From contig CAYLKR010000001.1 in NCBI GenBank assembly GCA_964384225.1, positions 1 to 42,457 on the forward strand: DNA of 42,457 bases, written 5' to 3'. How positions within the stretch are numbered: the stretch's first letter is position 1; the number at the start of each line of letters is the position of its first letter. This DNA is from an uncultured Methylibium sp. GTDB lineage: Bacteria > Pseudomonadota > Gammaproteobacteria > Burkholderiales > Burkholderiaceae_C. Shown here one piece after another: positions 8,554 through 18,283 of this stretch. The notes under the pieces are model-generated. The model made no database searches and was not told the DNA's origin. It was given only the letters and a program-made list of their open reading frames with translations. The position numbers and the translations under genes are program-made.

Positions 8554-9945
8554 ATGCAGGTGGACGCGTCGATCTTCAAGGCCTATGACATCCGCGGCAT
8601 CGTCGGCAAGACGATCGACGAGCGCTTCGCCGAGCATCTGGGCCGCGCCTTCGGCACCGAGGCGCGGGCGGCCGGGGAGAGGGCCGTCGCCGTCGGCCGC
8701 GACGGGCGGCTGTCGGGGCCGGGGCTGGCGGCGGCGCTGATCCGCGGGCTGGCCTCGACCGGGCTCGATGTCGTCGACCTCGGCCCGGTGACGACGCCGA
8801 TGCTGTACTACGTGGCCGCGACGCGCGGTGCGCAGGGTTGCTCGAGCGGCATCCAGGTCACCGGCAGCCACAACCCCAAGGACTACAACGGCTTCAAGAT
8901 GGTGCTGGCCGGCCGCGCGATCCACGGCGAGGACATCCAGCGGCTGCGCCGTCGCATCGAGGCCGAGGACTACGCCAAGGGCCGCGGCCGCAGTGCCGCG
9001 ATGGACATCGGGCCCGAGTACCGGCACCGCATCGTCTCGGACTGCAGGCTCGCGCGGCCGATGAAGATCGTCGTCGACTCGGGCAACGGCATCCCCGGGG
9101 CCTCGGCGCCCGGCATCCTGCGTGCGCTCGGCTGCGAGGTGGTCGAGCTCTATTCGGAGGTCGACGGCAACTTCCCGAACCACCATCCGGACCCGTCCAA
9201 GCCCGAGAACCTGGCCGATCTGATCCGCACCGTGAAGGCGACCGGCGCCGAGCTCGGCCTCGCCTTCGACGGCGACGGCGACCGCCTCGGCGTGATCACC
9301 GCCGACGGCCAGAACATCTTCCCGGACCGCCAGCTGATCCTCTATGCGCGCGACATCCTCGCGCGCCATCCGGGCGCGCCGGTGATCTTCGACGTCAAGT
9401 GCAGCCAGCGCCTCGTGGCCGCGATCCGCGAGGCCGGCGGCGAGCCGGTGATGTGGCGTACCGGCCATTCGCTGATCAAGGCCGAGATGAAGGTCCGCCA
9501 CGCGCCGATCGCCGGCGAGATGAGCGGCCACATCTTCTTCGGCGAACGCTGGTACGGCTTCGACGACGCGACCTACACCGCCGCGCGGCTGCTCGAGATC
9601 CTGTCGCGCAGCCAGAACCCGAGCGCCGTGCTGAACGCGCTGCCGACCAGCCATGCGACGCCCGAGATCAACGTGCGCTGCGCCGAGGGCGAGCACCATG
9701 CGCTGATCGAAACGCTGCGCCGGACCGCGAGCTTCCCCGGCGCCACCGAGGTCATCACGATCGACGGGCTGCGTGCCGAGTACGCGGATGGCTTCGGGCT
9801 GATCCGCGCCTCCAACACGACGCCGGTCCTGGTGCTGCGCTTCGAGGGGCAGACCGAGGCGGCACTGCATCGCATCGAGGCGCAGTTCATGGCCGCGCTG
9901 AAGGCGGTCAAGCCCGACGCGCAGGTGGTCGCGGCGGCCCACTGA
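8554..9945 (+). CDS. algC: Phosphomannomutase/phosphoglucomutase (AlgC-type)
   Basis: IFKAYDIRG, catalytic TGSHNP, metal-binding FDGDGDR, sugar-binding GEMSGH, RASNTTP; TACAAT -10-like element at 8520-8525. Confidence 0.93.
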   Translation: MQVDASIFKAYDIRGIVGKTIDERFAEHLGRAFGTEARAAGERAVAVGRDGRLSGPGLAAALIRGLASTGLDVVDLGPVTTPMLYYVAATRGAQGCSSGIQVTGSHNPKDYNGFKMVLAGRAIHGEDIQRLRRRIEAEDYAKGRGRSAAMDIGPEYRHRIVSDCRLARPMKIVVDSGNGIPGASAPGILRALGCEVVELYSEVDGNFPNHHPDPSKPENLADLIRTVKATGAELGLAFDGDGDRLGVITADGQNIFPDRQLILYARDILARHPGAPVIFDVKCSQRLVAAIREAGGEPVMWRTGHSLIKAEMKVRHAPIAGEMSGHIFFGERWYGFDDATYTAARLLEILSRSQNPSAVLNALPTSHATPEINVRCAEGEHHALIETLRRTASFPGATEVITIDGLRAEYADGFGLIRASNTTPVLVLRFEGQTEAALHRIEAQFMAALKAVKPDAQVVAAAH

Positions 9946-9955
9946 GCCCAGGCCG

Positions 9956-11236
9956 ATGAGCGCCGTCGCGCGTGCGCTCTACGGTGGCCTGCTGGGCCTC
10001 GCGAGCCCGGCCTATGTGCTGCGGCTGTGGTGGCGCGGCCGCGCCGAGCCGCTGTACCGGCAGGCGATCGGCGAGCGCTTCGGCTGCTACGCGTCGCCGG
10101 CAGCGCCGGGCGCGCTGTGGATCCATGCGGTGTCGCTCGGCGAGACGCGCGCCGCCGCGGCGCTGATCGATGCCTTGCGCGCCGAGCGCCCCGGCCTGCG
10201 CCTGCTGCTGACCCACGGCACGGCCACCGGCCGCGAGGCCGGCGCCGCCCTGCTGCGCGAGGGCGACGCGCAATGCTGGCTGCCCTATGACACGCCGGGC
10301 GCGGTGCGCCGCTTCCTCGCGCATTGGCGGCCGGCCGCCGGCGTGCTGATGGAGACCGAGGTCTGGCCCAACCTGCTGCGCGGCGCGCAGGCCGCCCGCG
10401 TGCCGATGGTGCTGGCCAACGCGCGCCTCTCGGCCCGCAGCCTGCGCAAGGCCCGGCGCTTCGCGGCGCTGCTGCGGCCGGCTGCCGCGACGCTGTCGCG
10501 CGTGCTCGCGCAGACCACGGCCGATGCCGGGCGCCTGCGCGACGCCGGCGCGACGACGGTGGAGGTGATGGGCAACCTGAAGTTCGACATGACGCCCGAC
10601 CCCGCGCTGCTGGCGCGCGGCCGCGCCTGGGCCGCGGCGAGCCACCGCCCGCTCGTGCTGGCCGCCAGCACCCGCGAGGGCGAGGACGAGCCGCTGCTCT
10701 CCGCCTGGGCCGCCCGTGGCGCGGCCGGCGGTGCGCGCTTGCTCGTCGTGCCGCGGCATCCGCAGCGTTTCGACGAGGTCGCGCAGCGCATAGCGGGCGC
10801 CGGCTTCGCGCTGTCGCGCCGCAGCGCCTGGCCACAAGGCGTGCCGGACGACGCGGCGCAGGCCGCCGACGTCTGGCTCGGCGATTCGCTCGGCGAAATG
10901 CCGGCCTATTACGCCGCGGCGTCGGTGGCGCTGCTCGGCGGCAGTTTCGCGCCGCTCGGCGGCCAGAACCTGATCGAGGCCGCAGCCTGCGGCTGCCCGC
11001 TGCTGATGGGCCCGCACACCTGGAACTTCGCCGAGGCGGCCGAGCTCGCCTGCGCCGCGGGCGCCGCCGAGCGCGTGGCCGATGCCGATGCGGCGATGGC
11101 CCGCGCGATGGAATGGCTCGGCGAGCCTGCGGCGCTCGCCGCGATGGCCGAGGCCGCGCGCGACTTCGCCCGGGCCCACCAGGGGGCGGCCGCACGCATG
11201 GCGCGGGCGATCCTCGCGGAGCTGACACGGCGTTGA
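9956..11236 (+). CDS. waaA: 3-deoxy-D-manno-octulosonic acid (Kdo) transferase
   Basis: WIHAVSLGE, ETEVWPN, GNLKFD, PRHPQRF, DSLGEM, GGQNLIE, GPHTWNF. Confidence 0.94.
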   Translation: MSAVARALYGGLLGLASPAYVLRLWWRGRAEPLYRQAIGERFGCYASPAAPGALWIHAVSLGETRAAAALIDALRAERPGLRLLLTHGTATGREAGAALLREGDAQCWLPYDTPGAVRRFLAHWRPAAGVLMETEVWPNLLRGAQAARVPMVLANARLSARSLRKARRFAALLRPAAATLSRVLAQTTADAGRLRDAGATTVEVMGNLKFDMTPDPALLARGRAWAAASHRPLVLAASTREGEDEPLLSAWAARGAAGGARLLVVPRHPQRFDEVAQRIAGAGFALSRRSAWPQGVPDDAAQAADVWLGDSLGEMPAYYAAASVALLGGSFAPLGGQNLIEAAACGCPLLMGPHTWNFAEAAELACAAGAAERVADADAAMARAMEWLGEPAALAAMAEAARDFARAHQGAAARMARAILAELTRR

Positions 11237-11297
11237 TTCGGGCCGCCGCTGCCGGGCTTATGCTCGGCTTCTCGTTGGTTTCCCAAAAGGAATGGAA

Positions 11298-11627
11298 ATG
11301 GCAAAGACATTGGCGCAATTGCAGAAGCAAATTGCCGCTCTCGAACAGAAGGCCGAGGCGCTGAAGCGAAAAGAAGCCGAGGGCGTGATTGCCCGCATCA
11401 AGGAAGCCATTGCCCATTACGGTCTGACGGCCGCCGATCTCGGTCTGGCCGGCGGCCGGCGCGGCCCGAAGCCGGGCCGCAAGCCCGCCGCTGCAAAGAA
11501 GAAGCCGGCCGCCAAGGCCAAGTACCGCGACGAGCAGGGCCGCACCTGGACCGGCCATGGCCGCCGCCCGCAGTGGTTCGTCGATGCGATCGCCGGGGGC
11601 AAGAAACCCGAAGACCTGCTCGCCTGA
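11298..11627 (+). CDS. hns: H-NS family nucleoid-associated protein
   Basis: N-terminal coiled coil, Lys/Pro/Ala linker, C-terminal KYRD...TWTGHGRRPQW DNA-binding motif; alternative start at 11292. Confidence 0.9.
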   Translation: MAKTLAQLQKQIAALEQKAEALKRKEAEGVIARIKEAIAHYGLTAADLGLAGGRRGPKPGRKPAAAKKKPAAKAKYRDEQGRTWTGHGRRPQWFVDAIAGGKKPEDLLA

Positions 11628-11639
11628 GGACGCCGCGGC

Positions 11640-12077
11640 ATGGGAGAGGCCAAACGCCGCGGCCAGCAGGCGCGGCAGGTCGGCGATGCGCTGCGTGCGC
11701 GCATCGCCGCCGGCGAGTTCGGCGCCGAGCGGCCGGTCACCGGCTGGCTGTTCGTGATCGACCGCTCGCCCCGCGGGCTGGAACTGCTGCGCCTGCTGGG
11801 CACGATGAGCGAGTTCGAGGGCCTGCGCACGCTGGTCGCGGGCGAGGCCGTGCGGCTGTGGGAGGTCTCGCCGCTGTTCGCCTACCTGGTGCTGCGCGGC
11901 GGCCCCGGGTCGCCCGCACAGCGCGTCGCGCTGGCCGCGAATCTGGATCGGCTCTGCGCCGACATGTTGCCGAAGGCGGTGCGCGCGCTGGCCGCCGAGC
12001 GCTGGGGCGCCGAGCTGGCGCTGGCGCCGCAGGCCGAGTCGGCCGTCAGGGCCGCGCTCGGCACGCTGCGCGCCTGA
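11640..12077 (+). CDS. Hypothetical protein (145 aa, MGEAKRR N-terminus)
   Basis: GAGGA RBS, 12 nt after hns stop, protein-like composition; no recognised domain. Confidence 0.7.
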   Translation: MGEAKRRGQQARQVGDALRARIAAGEFGAERPVTGWLFVIDRSPRGLELLRLLGTMSEFEGLRTLVAGEAVRLWEVSPLFAYLVLRGGPGSPAQRVALAANLDRLCADMLPKAVRALAAERWGAELALAPQAESAVRAALGTLRA

Positions 12078-12083
12078 AGCCGA

Positions 12084-12103
12084 GCCGGGCCCCGCGGCCC
12101 GGC
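12084..12103. terminator. GC-rich hairpin between convergent genes
   Basis: gccgggcc-ccgc-ggcccggc perfect 8-bp stem; no U-tract. Confidence 0.35.
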
Positions 12104-12110
12104 GCGGACC

Positions 12111-13676
12111 TCAGGCGTTCGCGAGCTTGAACACCCCGACCACCTGCGCGAGCGAGGCGGCCTGCTGCTTGAGGCTGTCGGCCGCGGCCGTGCTTTCCTC
12201 GACCAGCGCAGCGTTCTGCTGCGTCACCTGATCGAGCTGGCCGACGGCGGTGCTGACCTGGCCGATGCCGTCGGTCTGCTCCATCGTCGCCGAGCCGATC
12301 TCGGAGATCATCGTCGTGACGTTCTGGACCTGCGCGACGATGTCCTCCATCGAGGCGCGCGCGGCGTCGACCAGCCGCGTGCCGTTCTCGACCTTCTCGA
12401 CGCTCGTGCCGATCAGCGCCTTGATCTCCTTGGCGGCATTGGCGCTGCGCTGCGCGAGGCTGCGCACCTCGGAGGCCACGACCGCGAAGCCGCGGCCCTG
12501 CTCGCCGGCACGTGCGGCCTCCACCGCCGCATTGAGCGCGAGGATGTTGGTCTGGAAGGCGATGCCGTCGATGACGCCGATGATGTCGGCGATCTTCTTC
12601 GAGCTGTCGGTGATGTCGTCCATCGTCGCGACCACCTGACCGACGACCTCGCCGCCCTTGACGGCCGCGCTGCTGGCCGAGCCGGCGAGCTCGATGGCCT
12701 TGCGGGCGGTCTCGGCGTTGGCCCGCACCGTCGTGTTCAGCTGCTCCATGGACGCGGCCGTCTGCTGCAGGCTGGCGGCCTGCTGCTCGGTGCGCGAGGA
12801 GAGGTCGGCGGTGCCCGCGGCGATCTGCGAGCTGCCGGTGGCGATGCTGTCGCTGCTGTGGCGAACGCGCCCGACGATGCCGGCCAGGCTCTCGTTCATC
12901 GCCTTCAGCGCCGCGAGCAGCTTGGCCGTCTCGTCCTTGCCGGTGACGGCCACCGTGGAGCGCAGGTCCCCGGCGGCGACCTTCTCCGCCACGTCGACGG
13001 CCTGCGCGATCGGCGTGACGATCGCACGGGTGATGAAGTAGGCCAGCGCAGCCGCCAGTGCGACGGCGATGCCGCAGGCGACGAGCAGGGCGGTGATGCT
13101 GGCGTTCGCGGCGTCGTTGCCGTCCTTGACCTCCTGCTGCGCCAGCTCGGCGATATGGCCGATGTAGCCGTTGGCCGCCGCGATCAGCGCCGCCAGCGTC
13201 GGGCGGCATTCGGCGTTCATCTTCGCGATCGCCTCGGGCCGCTTGCCGTCCAGCGCCATGCCGACGATGCCCAGCGCGAGCGGCCCGTAGCGCCCCTCGA
13301 CCGCCTCCAGCTCGGCGAACAGCTTCTTCTCGTCGGCGCCGACGTTGGGCATCGCGTCCAGCGCCTTCTTCAACCGGTCGAACGAGGCCACGACCCGCTC
13401 GTGGGCCTTGGTGACGTCGGCCTTCTCCTGCGTGATGTCGCCCTGGGCCGTGACCAGCACGAGGTTGCGCGCATGCACCGCCCGGGCGTTGGCCGCGTCG
13501 AGGATGTCGTTGGCCATCGTCATCCGGGCGGCCTTCTCGTTCACGTAGTCGGTGAACACGTCGCGCTCGGCGATCAGCGAGCGGATCGACAAGGCACTGA
13601 GGACGAGGACCAGCGCGGTCATGACCGCGAAGGCCAGCGCGAGCTTCGCCTTGATGGAGAGGTGGCTGATGGACAT
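12111..13676 (-). CDS. Methyl-accepting chemotaxis protein (4HB sensor, HAMP, signalling domain)
   Basis: Two TM helices around a helical periplasmic domain; HAMP; [34 protein letters not shown]; GGAG RBS before ATG 13676. Confidence 0.94.
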   Translation of the reverse strand: MSISHLSIKAKLALAFAVMTALVLVLSALSIRSLIAERDVFTDYVNEKAARMTMANDILDAANARAVHARNLVLVTAQGDITQEKADVTKAHERVVASFDRLKKALDAMPNVGADEKKLFAELEAVEGRYGPLALGIVGMALDGKRPEAIAKMNAECRPTLAALIAAANGYIGHIAELAQQEVKDGNDAANASITALLVACGIAVALAAALAYFITRAIVTPIAQAVDVAEKVAAGDLRSTVAVTGKDETAKLLAALKAMNESLAGIVGRVRHSSDSIATGSSQIAAGTADLSSRTEQQAASLQQTAASMEQLNTTVRANAETARKAIELAGSASSAAVKGGEVVGQVVATMDDITDSSKKIADIIGVIDGIAFQTNILALNAAVEAARAGEQGRGFAVVASEVRSLAQRSANAAKEIKALIGTSVEKVENGTRLVDAARASMEDIVAQVQNVTTMISEIGSATMEQTDGIGQVSTAVGQLDQVTQQNAALVEESTAAADSLKQQAASLAQVVGVFKLANA

Positions 13677-13805
13677 GGTGCGCTCCGCCGTCTGAGGGTG
13701 TGGAGGGGACTGCGACCCCTTCAATCTAGGTCTCCCTACAGCGGCCGAAGCGCGGAACAGCGCCCGGAAAGCGCCCTTCTCGCCCCGATCGGAGACGGCT
13801 GCGGC

Positions 13806-16013
13806 TCAGCCGGCCAGGGCCGCAGCCTGCCGCGCCGGGCGGCCGGCCTGCTTGGCGCGGTACATGGCCTCGTCGGCGATCGTCAGCAAGCGGTCGGCGT
13901 CGGATCCGTCGTGCGGGCAGAACGCGACGCCGATGCTCGCCGATACCCGCCCCGTGCGACCCGCGCCCAGGTCCACCGGCGCATGCACGTCCTCGCGGAT
14001 GCGCGAGAGGACGAGCTCGCACTCCGCGCGCTCGTGCAACTCGGTCAGCAGCAGCACGAACTCGTCGCCGCCGAGCCGCGCGACCGTGTCGTTGGCGCGC
14101 ACGCCGGCCGCCAGCCGCGCCGCGACGGTCTGCAGCAGGCGGTCGCCGGCGGCGTGGCCGTGGCGGTCGTTGATCGCCTTGAAGCCGTCGAGGTCGATGA
14201 AGCACACCGCCAGCACCGTGCGGTGCCGCTGCGACAGCGCGATCGCCTGCTGCAGCCGGTCGAGCAGCAGCATGCGGTTCGGCAGGCCGGTCAGCGCATC
14301 GTGCGAGGCCGCCCGCTCGGCCTGCTCCTGGTGCTGCTTGATCGCCGAGATGTCCAGCATCATCCACATCGACTCGCCGGTCTCGGCCGACAGCAGCACG
14401 CCGCTCATGTCGACCCAGATCGCCGTGCCGTCCTTGCGGCGCAGGCGCAGCTGGGTGCGGTAGTGGCCACCCTGGCGCAGCACCGGATAGGCCTCCCGGC
14501 CCAGCGCTTCGTACGAGGCCTCGTCGAGGTAGAGCCGCCGCGAGGGCTGGCCGTCGAGCTCGCCGGGCGCGTAGCCGAACATCAGGTCGAGCGCGGTGTT
14601 CTTCCAGACCGCGACGCGGTCCTTGAGCTTGACGATGCCGATGAGGTCGCTGTCGAGCATCGCGGCCTGCTCGCGGTTCGCCTGCAGCATCAGGCGGCGC
14701 ATGCGGTCGAGCTCGGTCACGTCGTGCATCACCGAGCGGCTGCGCACGAAGGCGCCACCGGCGTCGCGGATCGCCGTGGCGCCGACGCTGATGCGGCGCC
14801 GGCTGCCGTCGCGGCCGAGCAGCTCGAGATCGAGCGGCCCCATCCGGCCGTCGGCGAGCAGGGCCGGGACATGCCGTTCGTACTGGACCCGGCCCTCGGC
14901 GGTGAAGAAGTCCATCGGCGTGAGCCGCCCGATCACCTCCTCGCGGCTGCAGCCCAGCCAGGCCAGCGTCGTCGCGTTGACCTGCGCGAAGACACCGCGA
15001 GCGTCGACCGAGTAGTAGCCGCAGGGCGCATGGTCGTAGAGGTCCTGGAAGCGGCCCTTGGCCTCGGCGAGCTCGCGGTCGCGCGCCTCCAGGGCACGTG
15101 CCTTCGTCAGCAGGCCGGCGCCGGCCAGCACGACCAGCGCGGCGATGGCGGCGGCCCAGCCCAGCACGGTGCGGCGCGTGTGGCGGTAGAGCGCGAGGGC
15201 CGACACCGCGTCCTGGGCCACGATGACGAGCAGCGGGTAGCGGTCCACGCGCGCCGTCGTGATGAAGCGCTCGACGCCGTCGATGCGGCTCTTCACCGGT
15301 CGGCGCGAGGCCTGCACCTCGCGGGCGCGCGCTTCCACGGTGGCGGCGTCGAGCCGCTCGCCGTGGCTGAAGCGGCCGCCGACGGCCCGGGCACGCGACA
15401 CGCCGTCGAGCCCGAGCACCGTCACCGCGGTGTCGCGCGCCTCGATCCGGCTGTAGCCGAGGGTCAGCGCCTCCGGGTCCACGGTGGCGAGCACGATGCC
15501 GGCGAACGCACCGTCGGCAGCGTCGACGCGGCGCATCACCGGGATCACGTGGCCGCCGGCCAGCGGGTTCGGTGCCGTCGCGCCGACGGTCACGTCGAGG
15601 TCGGCGCGGCGCTTGTGGGCCTTGAAGTCGTCCTCGTCGGCGAGGTTCAGGGCCATCTCGTCGGAGGTGCTGTCGGTGACGAAGCCCTGCGCGTCGGTCA
15701 CCAGCACGAGGCGGGTCACGTCGTTGGCGAGCACGCCGCCGTTGCGCAGCGACTCGAGGGGCGGCAGCCGGTGCGTCTCGGCCAGGTACTTGACCAGCAG
15801 CGTGGTCTGGTTGACGCGGTCGAAGGTCTCGCCGGTGCGCAGCGCGAGCTTCTGTGCGGCACGGGCGCTTTCGAGGAGGATGCGGTCGACCTCGTGCTCG
15901 TACTCGGCCTGCAGCGTGAGCCCGGCCACGACGCCGATCGCCAGCAGCACGCTGGCGCCGGCTGCGAGCAATGCGCCCAGCCTGGAGGAAAGCCGGTGGA
16001 TCAAGTCGGTCAC
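13806..16013 (-). CDS. Membrane-bound diguanylate cyclase (Cache-like sensor, 2 PAS, GGDEF)
   Basis: TM-periplasmic-TM, PAS (FQDLYDHAPCGY; RRKDGTAIWV), HDALTGLPNR, DLDGFKAIND, RxxD I-site (RAND), intact GGDEF. Confidence 0.92.
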   Translation of the reverse strand: MTDLIHRLSSRLGALLAAGASVLLAIGVVAGLTLQAEYEHEVDRILLESARAAQKLALRTGETFDRVNQTTLLVKYLAETHRLPPLESLRNGGVLANDVTRLVLVTDAQGFVTDSTSDEMALNLADEDDFKAHKRRADLDVTVGATAPNPLAGGHVIPVMRRVDAADGAFAGIVLATVDPEALTLGYSRIEARDTAVTVLGLDGVSRARAVGGRFSHGERLDAATVEARAREVQASRRPVKSRIDGVERFITTARVDRYPLLVIVAQDAVSALALYRHTRRTVLGWAAAIAALVVLAGAGLLTKARALEARDRELAEAKGRFQDLYDHAPCGYYSVDARGVFAQVNATTLAWLGCSREEVIGRLTPMDFFTAEGRVQYERHVPALLADGRMGPLDLELLGRDGSRRRISVGATAIRDAGGAFVRSRSVMHDVTELDRMRRLMLQANREQAAMLDSDLIGIVKLKDRVAVWKNTALDLMFGYAPGELDGQPSRRLYLDEASYEALGREAYPVLRQGGHYRTQLRLRRKDGTAIWVDMSGVLLSAETGESMWMMLDISAIKQHQEQAERAASHDALTGLPNRMLLLDRLQQAIALSQRHRTVLAVCFIDLDGFKAINDRHGHAAGDRLLQTVAARLAAGVRANDTVARLGGDEFVLLLTELHERAECELVLSRIREDVHAPVDLGAGRTGRVSASIGVAFCPHDGSDADRLLTIADEAMYRAKQAGRPARQAAALAG

Positions 16014-16143
16014 TGCGTTGGGGGCAAGGGGACGTCCGTGCCCACGCGCATTGCCGCATGACGACGGCCGCGCCGATCGCCGATGGAGAGGCCCGCGGGC
16101 GGTGCATTTCGGCGCTTCGGCGCGGGCCAGGGCCCGCGCGCGC

Positions 16144-17253
16144 TCAGGACGGCAGGAAATCCACCGGCCAGCTGACCACCATCTGCTCGACGTCCTTGGC
16201 GCCGAAGTCGAACTGCCGGATGCGCGCCAGCAGCTTGCCCTCTAGCTCCGCGGCGCCGAGTTCGCTGGACACGATACGCAGCCCGGTCACCTCGCCCGAA
16301 GGCGCGATCTTCAGCTCCAGCACCACCTTGCCCTGCAGCGACGGATCCTCGCGCAGCGCGCGGTTGTAGATCGCGTAGATCGCGCCCTTGTGACGCTCGA
16401 AGACGAGCTTGATCTCCTCGATCGAGCGCGAGGCCTTGCCGCTGCCGCCCTTGGTCAGCGTGCCGCCGCCCCCGGCGCCGGTGCCGCTGCCCGAGCCATT
16501 GCCCTTGCCGCCGACGCCCAGGCCACCGCCCGGGCCGCCGCCACCCCCGCCGCCGATCGTGCCTTCGACCAGCGTCGTCGCGCGGCCCGCGAGGCCGCCG
16601 CCGCCGGTGTCGCGGCGGTAGGCGGCGGTGTTGATGCCGCCGCTGCCGCCGGTCGCGTTGGAGGTGATCAGCGCGCGCGTCGGCGTGCCGGCCTCGGTGC
16701 CGGCGCCCACGCCGACGCCCTTGCCGCTGCCGATGCCCGGCCCCGGCTGGATGTCCTTGCGCAGTTGCACCGCCGTCGGCGCAGCCTGCAACTGCGCCAG
16801 CTCGTCCTTCATCGCCAGCAGGCCCACGCCCTGGGCCTTGCGGCGCGCGGCCTCCAGGTTCTCGCCCGGCGGCTTGCCGGGCACCGGGTTGCGGGCCTCG
16901 GGCACGGCGGCCGATCGCGTCGGCTCGTCGGGCCGGCGCGCTTCGGGCGCCGGGGTCCTGGGGACCGGGAGCTGGGCCTCGGGCGGTCGATCCGGGGCGG
17001 TGACGGCCTTCGGCGGCGTCGGCGCGATCGGCTTCTGCTCCAGGACCAGCTTGGCCAGCCGCGGCGGCAGTTCGACCGGCGCGGCGCGGTCCTCGGCGGG
17101 GCGTGGCATCAGCAGCAGCGCGAGGCACAGCAGCGTCACGGCCGCCAGAACGCGGTGCAGGATGCGCCGGAAGCGCGCCTCGTCCTCGGGCGCGACGGCC
17201 CAGGGCAGCAGCGACGTGCGGAACGAAACGGAAGCGACGACCGCGGCACTCAT
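16144..17253 (-). CDS. TonB-like energy transducer with AgmX/PglI(GltG)-like C-terminal domain
   Basis: Single N-terminal TM, Pro-rich then Gly-rich linker, C-terminal IYNRALREDPSLQGKVVLELKIAPSGEV...WPVDFLPS. Confidence 0.85.
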   Translation of the reverse strand: MSAAVVASVSFRTSLLPWAVAPEDEARFRRILHRVLAAVTLLCLALLLMPRPAEDRAAPVELPPRLAKLVLEQKPIAPTPPKAVTAPDRPPEAQLPVPRTPAPEARRPDEPTRSAAVPEARNPVPGKPPGENLEAARRKAQGVGLLAMKDELAQLQAAPTAVQLRKDIQPGPGIGSGKGVGVGAGTEAGTPTRALITSNATGGSGGINTAAYRRDTGGGGLAGRATTLVEGTIGGGGGGGPGGGLGVGGKGNGSGSGTGAGGGGTLTKGGSGKASRSIEEIKLVFERHKGAIYAIYNRALREDPSLQGKVVLELKIAPSGEVTGLRIVSSELGAAELEGKLLARIRQFDFGAKDVEQMVVSWPVDFLPS

Positions 17254-17738
17254 GTCGTCGCCTTCCGCGTGACCGCGAACGCCACGTCGCTGTAGTTGGC
17301 GCGCGAGGCGGTGACCATCACCTTGCGCAGAAGGCGGTAGGGGATGTCCTTGTCGCCGAGGATGGTGACGGCCTGGCTCCTGCTGCCGTCGGCGCCGAGC
17401 ACGCTGCGGCTGGCCTGAAGGTCCAGCTCGGCCTTCAGCGGCGCGATCAGGTCGTCCTCGGTCGCGAGCGCGTCGGCGACGCTCGCCACCGCACGGCCGC
17501 CGACGAGGATCTCGGTCGCGCTGACCGTCACGACGACGGTCTCGTGCGGCAGCTTCTCGGCGCTCGACTCCGGCAGCTCGACGCTGCGGTGGCTGGTCAG
17601 CACCTCGACGCCGGTGCTCGACATCAGGAAGAAGATCAGGATCGTGAAGATGTCGATCAGCGCCACGAGGTTCATGTCGAGGCCGTTGTTGTTGCGCGCC
17701 AAGCGCTCGGCGCGCTTCTGCAGCGGGGTCAGCTTCAT
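17250..17738 (-). CDS. exbD: ExbD/TolR family protein (Asp-containing copy)
   Basis: TM motif MNLVALIDIFTILIFFLM (Asp29); periplasmic ILGDKDIPYRLLRKVM. Confidence 0.9.
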   Translation of the reverse strand: MKLTPLQKRAERLARNNNGLDMNLVALIDIFTILIFFLMSSTGVEVLTSHRSVELPESSAEKLPHETVVVTVSATEILVGGRAVASVADALATEDDLIAPLKAELDLQASRSVLGADGSRSQAVTILGDKDIPYRLLRKVMVTASRANYSDVAFAVTRKATT

Positions 17739-17747
17739 CGTCGACCT

Positions 17748-18260
17748 CTATTTCTTCGCGACGCTGATCGGCGCATCGCCGATCGAGATGTCCGGGAACA
17801 GCGCCACGGCCGGCGCCGCGGGCTGGCCCTTCGCGGACGGCGCCGGCGGCGCCTCGCGGACTGCGTCCATCACCTGCACGAACTGGTCGTAGGGCGTGTC
17901 GGGCTGGGCCAGCACGGTGGCGGTGGTGGTGGCCGGGTACTTGAGCTTGATCTCCTGGACCAGCAGCGACAGCGCTGCCACGTCGTAGCCGCCGTCCTTG
18001 GCTGGAATGCGCTGGATCAGCCCGCCGATGCGGTCGCCGACATCGAGCGCGTCGGGGCGCATCACGATCTCGAGCTTCAGGTCGTCGACCTTGAGTTGCT
18101 CGACCGCGCCCGAACTCTGGGCGGGCAGCGTGAGTTCCAGCACCGACAGCCGTGTGAACACCGCGGTCGACAGCAGGAAGGGCACCAGCACGACGATCAC
18201 GTTGATGAAGGCCGTCACCTCGAGGTGGGCGCTGGGCTTGCGCAGGCGTCGGACGCGCAT
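17748..18260 (-). CDS. exbD: ExbD/TolR family protein (Asn variant)
   Basis: TM motif LEVTAFINVIVVLVPFLL; periplasmic AQPDTPYDQFVQVMDAVR. Confidence 0.87.
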   Translation of the reverse strand: MRVRRLRKPSAHLEVTAFINVIVVLVPFLLSTAVFTRLSVLELTLPAQSSGAVEQLKVDDLKLEIVMRPDALDVGDRIGGLIQRIPAKDGGYDVAALSLLVQEIKLKYPATTTATVLAQPDTPYDQFVQVMDAVREAPPAPSAKGQPAAPAVALFPDISIGDAPISVAKK

Positions 18261-18283
18261 GATGGTTCCCCGGTCCGTTGCGG

